From the NCBI GenBank assembly GCA_009774215.1, contig VSNH01000002.1, forward strand, positions 7,062 through 71,061: a DNA stretch of 64,000 bases, read 5' to 3'. A program made the translations under genes and the position numbers. Shown piece after piece: positions 18,543-26,485 of this stretch. Within the stretch, counting starts at the first letter, position 1, and each line of letters opens with the position of its first letter. Origin of the DNA: Lachnospiraceae bacterium (GTDB taxonomy: Bacteria; Bacillota; Clostridia; Lachnospirales; Lachnospiraceae). The notes beneath the pieces were generated by a model that had not been told where the DNA came from, searched no databases, and saw nothing but the letters and a program-made list of their open reading frames with translations.

Positions 18543-19334
18543 CCGGAAGAATTAGAGTGGATTCCCACTGATCCCATGCAGTTGGATGGAGGATCCATCC
18601 AAGAAAAAAATCTTAAGGATCGGGTTGATGATATAAACGAATATGTCGCGGGAAAGGAGAAGGAAGATAGTCGATACGCACAATTGTATTGGGATCAGGA
18701 TAAAATAAATATCATATGGGAAAAATGCAGGGATTTTTATGATGAATATGAGGTGCAGATTGATCCGCGTATGCTGATTGCAATTGTAGCTGCGGAAGGG
18801 TCGGGAAGTTTTCATACGAGTTCTACAAATAAGGCGGCAGATGGAGGGAATGGTGTTGAATTTGATTTTGAAACAGACTGCATAAAAGCAATTGATTTAT
18901 TGGGCGGGAAAATAATAGCTTATCCGAAATATTGCAAAGATTTTAAAACCGCCGTATTGAATGCTAATACGAAAAAAGGATTGGAAGATTTGGGAGTTAA
19001 GAAAGATATTGATATATTACATTATTTGAATTGGGATACCCCTCGATTATGGCTTAATTCAGAAAAATTTGAAAGTGGCAATTATGCGGCAGATAATCAT
19101 TGGAATAGTAAGGTAAGACAAATATATAGTGATCTGGTGGATATAAATGTAGAAAAAAAAGCTGGGGAATATACAAGGTATATTCTCACATTAGATGAAA
19201 GTATTTTCTCGGAAATTGCAGAGGAAAAAGGAATAGAGGTGGATAAACAAGTGAGGTTTGAAGCTGCACAGAATGGAGCGGATGCAAAAGGAAAGCCAAA
19301 TGGTGAGTACACGGTTATTGGAATTATATATTAG
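17958..19334 (+). CDS. PAAR-like (DUF4280) domain effector 1 with lysozyme-like C-terminal toxin
   Basis: CQYG..DC..NIHHFGYCK..CVP..W..LVCQYGGII DUF4280 signature; IDPRMLIAIVAAEG..YAADNHWNSKV. Confidence 0.75.
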   Translation: MSSFDPHGFWLFGNDGTRDEEEQEKEHQEELCRLMEQYHAYLGILKEKAYVFRGSKIGCQYGTKENVLIDIYKDYGVVWGMTQFPVVTIEDCRPENIHHFGYCKCPETQYAGRLPMTKASWGDGEITEAERGNIFPHICVPLIKKEQKWKQIDEDLLIEVGQKKVEPALLDDAVLVCQYGGIIRIVEVPDVIEEEPEELEWIPTDPMQLDGGSIQEKNLKDRVDDINEYVAGKEKEDSRYAQLYWDQDKINIIWEKCRDFYDEYEVQIDPRMLIAIVAAEGSGSFHTSSTNKAADGGNGVEFDFETDCIKAIDLLGGKIIAYPKYCKDFKTAVLNANTKKGLEDLGVKKDIDILHYLNWDTPRLWLNSEKFESGNYAADNHWNSKVRQIYSDLVDINVEKKAGEYTRYILTLDESIFSEIAEEKGIEVDKQVRFEAAQNGADAKGKPNGEYTVIGIIY

Positions 19335-19369
19335 GAAGCAAGTTGCTTAAAGTGAGGAAAAGAGAAAAT

Positions 19370-20407
19370 ATGAGGGTAAGAAAATATGGATGTATCTTGG
19401 TAATCATATCCTTGATGGTATTTACTATTTTATTGGCTGTGAAACATGAACAGAAAAGATTGTCAGAAGAAGTGTCATTACAGGAAGAAGAACCGTCAGA
19501 AGAGATATCAGTAAAGAAAGAAGTGGAGACGACAAATACAGAATCGGATGCCATGATTGAACAGGAGGAATCAACAGGAAAAAAAGATGAGCTTTCAGAT
19601 GAAATTTCATATGATCATACTTTGTCAGGCAATATGTGGATGTATTACGAGGCGGAAGAGGTCCCTTTTGTAGATGAGGAAACCTTTGCGTTAATCAGGG
19701 AAGCCTATGAGGGAGTGGAATATTCAGCAGAATTTGAGAAAGGGAACCTAGAGATATATGAAGAGTATAAACAAAGATTCTGGAAGCTGATCAAAAATGA
19801 AATTCCTTTTCTGAACAGGGAGACGGGCGAAGAAGTATATATAAAAGATTGGTATGCGTCAAACGGATGGTATGTGCTGGAAGATTTCAAATCCTCCGAT
19901 TACAGTTATTATTTATTTGACATGAATGGAGACGGCTTGCCAGAATTGTGTGTAGATGGTTGTGTATTTGCATACGATCCTGATATGGATCAATGTATAC
20001 TGTGGGCATGGCTTAATGGAAAGGAAATAGTCGGAACCCGAAAGGCTATGTGGAATCCGGACTATGATACGGATATATATGAATTTTTCCAACTGGATCC
20101 GAACGGGAATCGGGAATTAGGCACTTTGTTCTGGGCGGAGCATGCTGACTTATATCATGATGATATTAACATGGTGATGTTTCCTGATTATGCGGATATG
20201 GCAAAGCGGTGGAAAATCACGGAAGAAATGAAACGACAGGGTGTTTTTGAGGAAAGCAGTGGGCAATGGTTTTTCAGAATAACTGACGAACAATTTAAGG
20301 AACTCGAACAGCCATATATGGAAGTACTACTTGAACAGGCGTGGGATAGAAAGAAAGAGGAAAGATATACCTATGAGGAGCTGTTTGGAGAGTATGAAAC
20401 AGAGTAA
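19370..20407 (+). CDS. Putative immunity protein 1, N-terminal membrane anchor
   Basis: Directly after toxin; TM ILVIISLMVFTILLAV; acidic; DMNGDGLPEL Ca-binding-like loop. Confidence 0.6.
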   Translation: MRVRKYGCILVIISLMVFTILLAVKHEQKRLSEEVSLQEEEPSEEISVKKEVETTNTESDAMIEQEESTGKKDELSDEISYDHTLSGNMWMYYEAEEVPFVDEETFALIREAYEGVEYSAEFEKGNLEIYEEYKQRFWKLIKNEIPFLNRETGEEVYIKDWYASNGWYVLEDFKSSDYSYYLFDMNGDGLPELCVDGCVFAYDPDMDQCILWAWLNGKEIVGTRKAMWNPDYDTDIYEFFQLDPNGNRELGTLFWAEHADLYHDDINMVMFPDYADMAKRWKITEEMKRQGVFEESSGQWFFRITDEQFKELEQPYMEVLLEQAWDRKKEERYTYEELFGEYETE

Positions 20408-21102
20408 GAATGCGTGAAAAAGTCCTCCATGGCATTTTTAACTGTTCCAAGCAGTATAAAGAGCAAGAGGAAGATATTGTAGAGCAGTGCTTTTTGTCAA
20501 TAGAGGAGGATGTATAGATATGTCAAGTTTTGATCTACATGGTTTTTGGCTGTTTGGAAATGACGGGACAAGGGATGAGGAAGAACAGGAGAAAGAGCAC
20601 CAAGAGGAGTTGTGCAGATTGATGGAACAATATCATGCATATATGGATATTGTTAAGGAGAAAAGTTATGTTCTGAGAGGTACCAAAATTGGCTGTCAAT
20701 ATGGGAGAGATATAGTTTCATTGGACATGTATAAGGATAATGGTGTAGTATGGGGAGTAACTAAGTTCCCGATGGCAACAATTGATGATTGTAGAACCGA
20801 TAATATTCATCATTTTGGATACTGCAAATGTCCTGAAACACAATACGCTGGTCGATTGCCTATGACTAAAGCGAGTTGGGGGGGACGGAGAAATAACAGA
20901 GGCAGAGGATGGTAATATATTTCCCCATATCTGTGTTCCGCTAATTAAAAAGGAGCAGAAATGGAAACAGATTGACAATGATTTGCTGATAGAAGTGGGG
21001 CAGGAAGAGTATGAATCTGCGTTATTGGAAGACGCGGTTCTAGTCTGCCAATATGGTGGTATCATACGGATAGTGGAAGTGCCAGATGTAACTGAAGAGG
21101 AA
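20404..21102 (+). repeat. Copy 2 of ~700-bp direct repeat
   Basis: Long identical blocks shared with 17842-18542. Confidence 0.9.
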
Positions 21103-21717
21103 GAACGAAAAGTGGTGGATTTGACATCATGGTTAAAAGCGTATGAAGGGGAACCGAATGCTTCTAATGGGAAAACAGTCACTTACTCTTTTGAAGATAG
21201 AGAGTTGTTGAGAGCAATTAATCCTAAGATTGACTGGTATTCCTATGAAGAGCAAACGGAGAAGAATGAGAATTGTGAAGAATATCTTATTGGACAGGAA
21301 TTTATAGATCAGGGAAAGGGGGTATTGGTAGATCAGAATGAAAGATATTGGATTACATTGGGGCCCAAGGTATTTAACCCGGTATATCCGGATAATGGGA
21401 AATGTGAGGCAGACGAGTTTAAGAACTTTATAGGATGTAGGGTAGATGTAGTTTTACAGCATATGGAAGATGAAAATAAACATATCTATATTGAGTGTGT
21501 GTGGAGTGGAAATATTAAAGCGCATACATTCGGTAATGGCATTTTTCAGACAGGTTATCCTTATGAGAATAGTTCCGTAGCAGATTCACAACCTTATTGC
21601 GAGGAATATGTAAATGGTTCGATTGTAGAATTTACGGGCAAGGATCCAAAAGAAACTGGAGATATGAGTGATTATATTGTGGATTATTTGATTGTGTATC
21701 CCAAAAGTGAGGAATAA
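20520..21717 (+). pseudogene. PAAR-like (DUF4280) effector 2 with a different C-terminal domain; +1 frameshift in G7 tract
   Basis: G7 at 20878-20884 versus G6 in copy 1; deleting one G joins the 20520 and 20983 ORFs into 398 aa. Confidence 0.85.
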
Positions 21718-21718
21718 T

Positions 21719-22669
21719 ATGAAGAGAAAGATTATTGTGCTATTAATTGGATTATTTCTGGTTATTAGCTTTATGTTTTTTGATGGGGGGTCAGAATATA
21801 TAAAATCCTTCCAAACAAATGTCGTCAAAGAAGACTCTTTGTCGGAAGAACTTGTCATGGTAGGGGACAAAAGAGGTAGTGAAATGCAGGCAGTGGATGA
21901 GGAAGACAGTGAAATTCAGACAGAGGATGAGGGGGAAATACCCGTATGTGATATCGTAAGAGCAATGGATTTTACTGCGAAGGAATCGAAATTGAATATC
22001 ACACCTGAGGAAAATCGGATCTATTTGGAAGGATATTTGAAGGTATTAAGAAATGAAATGCCAGCAATTGGTGAAGTTGAAGTGAAGTATTACAAGGATT
22101 TGTGGAAAGCCGGAATAGAATTTGAAGAGCTGGTGAAAGAAAAAGACACAAGGGAGTATCCTTACCTATATTATTATGATGATCTGGATGGAGACGGTAA
22201 GCCAGAATTTGCAATTGAACAAGGATGTATGTTTTTGTTTAAATACGAGAAGGAATTTGACAAGTGTAAGGTTCTGGATTATGAAGAAGCCTGCTATTTT
22301 AAAACGGTGGTTGGCGCGGGACAAATCTGGCGGCATGACGGGCTGCACGCGGATGTTATACGGGACGATCTGCTGGGGTTAGACCAAGACGGTAGCTTTC
22401 AATACATCCTGCGGTTGGAGAAGGGGATGAATTATAAAAATCATTATTTTAAGGTGGGGATAAGCGATTTTTCTCTACATTATGTAGAAGAATGTGATGA
22501 GAAATGGAGCAGATTTGCAACGCCTTTTTTTGAATATGCAGATGTAAGTGAGGAAGAGTGGAATGAGATTACGCAACCCTTTTTTGAAATGGTAGAGAAT
22601 AATGCCGTTCCGCGAAAAACACTGAAAGAAGTTTTTGGAGACTTATTAGAAGAAAATACAGAGGAATAG
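21719..22669 (+). CDS. Putative immunity protein 2, N-terminal membrane anchor
   Basis: MKRKIIVLLIGLFLVISFMFF; DDLDGDGKPEF; similar to immunity 1. Confidence 0.6.
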   Translation: MKRKIIVLLIGLFLVISFMFFDGGSEYIKSFQTNVVKEDSLSEELVMVGDKRGSEMQAVDEEDSEIQTEDEGEIPVCDIVRAMDFTAKESKLNITPEENRIYLEGYLKVLRNEMPAIGEVEVKYYKDLWKAGIEFEELVKEKDTREYPYLYYYDDLDGDGKPEFAIEQGCMFLFKYEKEFDKCKVLDYEEACYFKTVVGAGQIWRHDGLHADVIRDDLLGLDQDGSFQYILRLEKGMNYKNHYFKVGISDFSLHYVEECDEKWSRFATPFFEYADVSEEEWNEITQPFFEMVENNAVPRKTLKEVFGDLLEENTEE

Positions 22670-22750
22670 CGTATAGAGTATAACAATCTTTTCTTAGGCA
22701 ACTATTTTAAATAGAATTATAGTCTCTAGGATGGGAGAGGTGAAAATACT

Positions 22751-23347
22751 ATGGAGCGAGTTTCGCAAATGGAAGAATATATAAGAGAATATAGAAACAT
22801 TCGCCAAAGTGAAAAAAGCGGTATGATAGAGAAAGAATATCATTGTTTGTTACCCTCACTCTATACATACATGGATTCTCTGATCAAAGAGCAGACATTC
22901 AGAAGGAAATCAGATGAGCAGGAGGGGATCAAATATATCCTATTCTTTCGTTTGTTATCAAGCGGATATACGGGGAGTAATGAAATTGCACTGGGAATGA
23001 GCAATTCCATGATATATTTGGATGATAATTTTTCCTGCGTGTATTGGAGACCTAATTACGTATACGAGAATATTGAGAAGGATATTGAAGAAGTAAAGCG
23101 TATATTACAGCAAAAGTACATACGAATTGAAGAATTTGAGTTACTTTATTTGAAACAGAAACTGCTTATGGATGATTGGGATGTATTTAGTAAAATAATA
23201 GGTAAGTTGATGGAAAGAATTGCTGAACGGGTCATAAACAGTTCGCTGCCTTTAGAGAATGAGCTGGAGATTTTATATGGCGATTATATGGATAGGCTGG
23301 AGGTGGCAGCTAAAATAGAAACGGAGGGGAGAAGAAAGAATGGGTGA
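22751..23347 (+). CDS. Hypothetical protein of the effector region
   Basis: 198-aa ORF with GAGGTG RBS, co-oriented with cluster. Confidence 0.6.
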   Translation: MERVSQMEEYIREYRNIRQSEKSGMIEKEYHCLLPSLYTYMDSLIKEQTFRRKSDEQEGIKYILFFRLLSSGYTGSNEIALGMSNSMIYLDDNFSCVYWRPNYVYENIEKDIEEVKRILQQKYIRIEEFELLYLKQKLLMDDWDVFSKIIGKLMERIAERVINSSLPLENELEILYGDYMDRLEVAAKIETEGRRKNG

Positions 23348-23753
23348 GAAAAAAAGTTCTTTTCATATAGGGAATGAATTTAACGGGAAAGGGAAGAAAG
23401 TCTGTCTGAGGGCAACCCAGCATAATACATATCCACCTCTTTCGCAGGAGAATGTGAGGGTGACACCGGATTTTGGACAATATGCGCAGCAGGCAGTCGG
23501 AGCAATGCCGGTTATGAATGCTGGTGATAAAAGTGCCGGTATCGTGTTGAAAGCATTAGGCGGTATACCTAGTGTTGGGCAGGTAGTTGTTAAAAAGGAT
23601 GATAAAACAGGAAAATACAAGACAGAACTGTCGGTGAGGAAAGCATACCTAACATCTGGTTCCTATCTTTACTCTAATAAAAAGAAGAGTGAAAAAAAGG
23701 AAGAAAAAGTAAAATTTATTATGGATACAATTAGTGGTAGTGTCAAAAGGTAA
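23340..23753 (+). CDS. Hypothetical protein
   Basis: 137-aa ORF overlapping the previous stop, GGAGGGGAG upstream. Confidence 0.5.
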   Translation: MGEKKSSFHIGNEFNGKGKKVCLRATQHNTYPPLSQENVRVTPDFGQYAQQAVGAMPVMNAGDKSAGIVLKALGGIPSVGQVVVKKDDKTGKYKTELSVRKAYLTSGSYLYSNKKKSEKKEEKVKFIMDTISGSVKR

Positions 23754-23788
23754 ATAGTAAAGTATCATATAAATAATCCAAGTTGAGG

Positions 23789-24540
23789 GTAAGCGATGAG
23801 TAATAGGGTGGATTTTATCCGTCCGCAGAATCTTATATAATGATTGCCAGGAAACGCGAGCATTTTGCTCTGCCTTCAGCGCTAGAGGCAAGCGTTTTAC
23901 TCTATCTTCACAAGGAGCAATCATTATGAATCCTAACGGTGTAAGAAAACCCGAACAGATCAAGCTGATTATGGAATGCCGCCAGAGCGGACTCTCCGAT
24001 TATCAGTGGTGCCGGAAACAGGGCATCAATCCCGGGACCTTTTACAACTGGGTCAGCAAGCTGCGGAAAGCTGGGTATACGATTCCTGATTCGGCAGATA
24101 AAGTTTCAGGCGTGCCTGTCATGCAGGAAGTTGTGAAGCTTGATCTGGCAGAAAGCGGGATATCTACCCCTGCCATGATGGAGCAAAGTACCAGCCTTCC
24201 GGCTTTGTCTGGCGTTCCCTGCATAGCTGCTGAAATCGAATGCGGAAACATCAGGGTGCGCATCTTTAATGGAGCTGATGCAGCTGTTGTCCAAAATGCG
24301 TTTCATTGTATCGGAGGTATGTCCCATGCTTGGTGATATTTCCGATGCTGCAAACATCTACATCATTACGGGTTACACTGACATGAGAAAAAGCATAGAT
24401 GGTCTGTGCGCAATTGTTATGGCACAGTTAAGAGAAGAACCCGATGGTCATTCCATCTATCTTTTCTGTGGTAAACGCTGTGACCGTATTAAGGTTTTAT
24501 TACGCGAGCCTGATGGATATGTCCTTTTATATAAAAGGTA
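23789..24540 (+). mobile_element. IS66-family remnant (left end, tnpA, truncated tnpB)
   Basis: GTAAGCG terminus at 23789; TnpA and TnpB motifs; no TnpC. Confidence 0.8.
23926..24336 (+). CDS. IS66 TnpA-like HTH protein
   Basis: ECRQSGLSDYQWCRKQGINPGTFYNW. Confidence 0.85.
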   Translation: MNPNGVRKPEQIKLIMECRQSGLSDYQWCRKQGINPGTFYNWVSKLRKAGYTIPDSADKVSGVPVMQEVVKLDLAESGISTPAMMEQSTSLPALSGVPCIAAEIECGNIRVRIFNGADAAVVQNAFHCIGGMSHAW

Positions 24541-24580
24541 CAAATATTGTATTTACAATCACCACTTTACAACTTTGTAA
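24326..24580 (+). pseudogene. IS66 TnpB, 3'-truncated
   Basis: GYTDMRKSIDGL..YLFCGKRCDRIKVL..LLYKR then unrelated sequence. Confidence 0.85.
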
Positions 24581-24664
24581 AAGAAATGCCGTATGAGGCA
24601 CTCTGGTGTATAATAAGTTTGCGAACAAAAATACACGAAAGAAGGGAGTGTCCCAAAGATTGGA

Positions 24665-25066
24665 ATGTGTGCGGGAATGTTGAAGCAGACGCTCCTCTTT
24701 TTTCTGTTCTTTATTCCGCTGCGTTCATATTTGGGAGGATTTCATCTGAGGAAATACAGGGACTGCTACCGCATGTCATGCCTTACGCTTGCCGCTGTTT
24801 TGGCAGTCACGAGGTTTGCATCTTTTGATATGCATGTATCGTGTGGACTGATTGTTGTGTCCTCTGTTGGAATCGGATTGGAGGCGGGGCTTGCGCGTAA
24901 GAAACAGGAAAGTGGAATCTATGCTTTGGTGGTCTGGGCGGTTCTTGTCATTCTGCTGGCGCTGACGGCTGTATGTTATCTTAGAAGGGAGCAGCAGACT
25001 CTTGTGCTGTTGTGCTGTGTGACGGTTATCGTGCTTGTCAGCAAAAGGGCTGAACGGATTTCATGA
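24665..25066 (+). pseudogene. AgrB-like membrane protein fragment
   Basis: FIPLRSYLGGFH..C motif; hydrophobic; lacks N-terminus. Confidence 0.6.
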
Positions 25067-25287
25067 GTAATCCTGTCTATAGCTTGTCCGAGAGTAGGGG
25101 CGGTTCCCTGTTCGTGGAAGGGGCTGGACTGCCGGTGCTTATGCTGGATTTTGCATGTGGCAGAGGACGGGTACTGCTGGTGTATGATGGTTTGTGCTTT
25201 TTGGACTGCAGTGTGACGCAGTAGCAGTCGGCGCTTATGATATGAAAGTAAGTACAGTCAATATTTTTAAGCTCTTCTGTAGTAAAC

Positions 25288-25521
25288 ATGTTGCATGTTC
25301 CCCCCCCCTTTGTGTTTAAGGAATTGAGTAATCATGGTTTCAATCAGACTAGAATTCAGAGGGAAAATTTACTGCCAAGGCAGACCATAACCAATATCAA
25401 GGCAGGGAAGAGCATAACACTGGAAACCTTAAATAAAATCTGTGTGATGTGTAATCTGCAGCCGGGTGATATCATTGAAGTGGTTCCGACAGACGAGGAA
25501 AAAATAAAATACAAATTATAA
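25288..25521 (+). CDS. Cro/C1 (Xre) HTH protein, probably 5'-damaged
   Basis: ITLETLNKICVMCNLQPGDIIE. Confidence 0.7.
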   Translation: MLHVPPPFVFKELSNHGFNQTRIQRENLLPRQTITNIKAGKSITLETLNKICVMCNLQPGDIIEVVPTDEEKIKYKL

Positions 25522-25522
25522 T

Positions 25523-25561
25523 AAAAATCCGATGCTCCCAAGATGGAATACATCGGATTTT
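25523..25561. terminator. Bidirectional terminator between convergent genes
   Basis: aaaaatccgatg ... catcggatttt. Confidence 0.7.
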
Positions 25562-25567
25562 ACTATG

Positions 25568-26404
25568 TTACATATCTTCCGGCAGAAGTTCAATCATAAG
25601 TTGCATTTGAAAGTCTTTGTCCGTAGCAGCGCGTTTTAAGTCATCAAATCTGTTCAGATTTATCAGAATAGCGTTGAGGGTGTTGATACGGGTTTCGCCT
25701 TCAAGCCTTCCCTCAAGTCTGCCCTCATTACGTTCTTCTTTTGCAATTCTTTCCATAATTTCACACATAACCTGCTGTCCCTCCTCTGTCGTTTTATACC
25801 GGCGCTTACTGCCGGAGGTAACGGGAAATTTGCTGTTGTATGCAGCATCGTCAACAAATACTTCCATCAGTTCGGATACTTCGGAGCCGTCCTTTACCTT
25901 TGCATTGACGTAAACCTCTTCAAATCCGTTATCGACAACTTTTCCGGTTTCCCTTATGATCCGATCCACATGATATAAAGAATGATTTCCCTCAAAGATG
26001 TCAAAACGGGAGATGAATACAACGCAGACATCGGGAATGTTCTCAAACTTCTCGCCGGGATCGGTGAGGTTAGTTGTAAGGATCGCGCCATTGTAGCGGA
26101 CACGGCGCTGATGATCGGTGTCATTCGCCCTCTGCACTTCGATGTCCGTTTTCCGTCCGTCCCCAAGGACACATTTGGCGTCAAGGATCACGGAGCGTCC
26201 CTGCGGATTTGTTCCGGCATATTGGGGCGTGGATTCCAGTACCGTAAGCGCCGGATCTGACAGGATCACCCGCAGGATTTCTTCGCAGAACGCTTTATCT
26301 TCTGCCATCGTGCGGAACATCAGGTCGTCGATGGGATTTAGTTTTTTTGCCTCTTCTCGTATTTTTGCCTTATTGCTCATGCCTGATCCTTTGTTTGTAT
26401 TCAC
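25568..26404 (-). CDS. Rpn-like PD-(D/E)XK nuclease
   Basis: DDLMF..ILD..DIEVQ..RRVRYN and C-terminal EGRLEGRLEG repeats. Confidence 0.85.
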   Translation of the reverse strand: MNTNKGSGMSNKAKIREEAKKLNPIDDLMFRTMAEDKAFCEEILRVILSDPALTVLESTPQYAGTNPQGRSVILDAKCVLGDGRKTDIEVQRANDTDHQRRVRYNGAILTTNLTDPGEKFENIPDVCVVFISRFDIFEGNHSLYHVDRIIRETGKVVDNGFEEVYVNAKVKDGSEVSELMEVFVDDAAYNSKFPVTSGSKRRYKTTEEGQQVMCEIMERIAKEERNEGRLEGRLEGETRINTLNAILINLNRFDDLKRAATDKDFQMQLMIELLPEDM

Positions 26405-26485
26405 AGCATAAAACGCCTGCTGTTAACTATAGTATACCATTTTTCAAAAGATACTCAATAAAAAATTTATGACAGTGGGTGCTGT

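Noticed and set aside
3046..23753. Prophage tail or tailocin interpretation
   Set aside because: No head, terminase, tape measure, fibres or lysis genes; FHA/PP2C/PAAR-toxin-immunity content fits a secretion-type system better
3046..23753. Type VII secretion locus
   Set aside because: No EssC/FtsK ATPase, WXG100 or LXG proteins recognised
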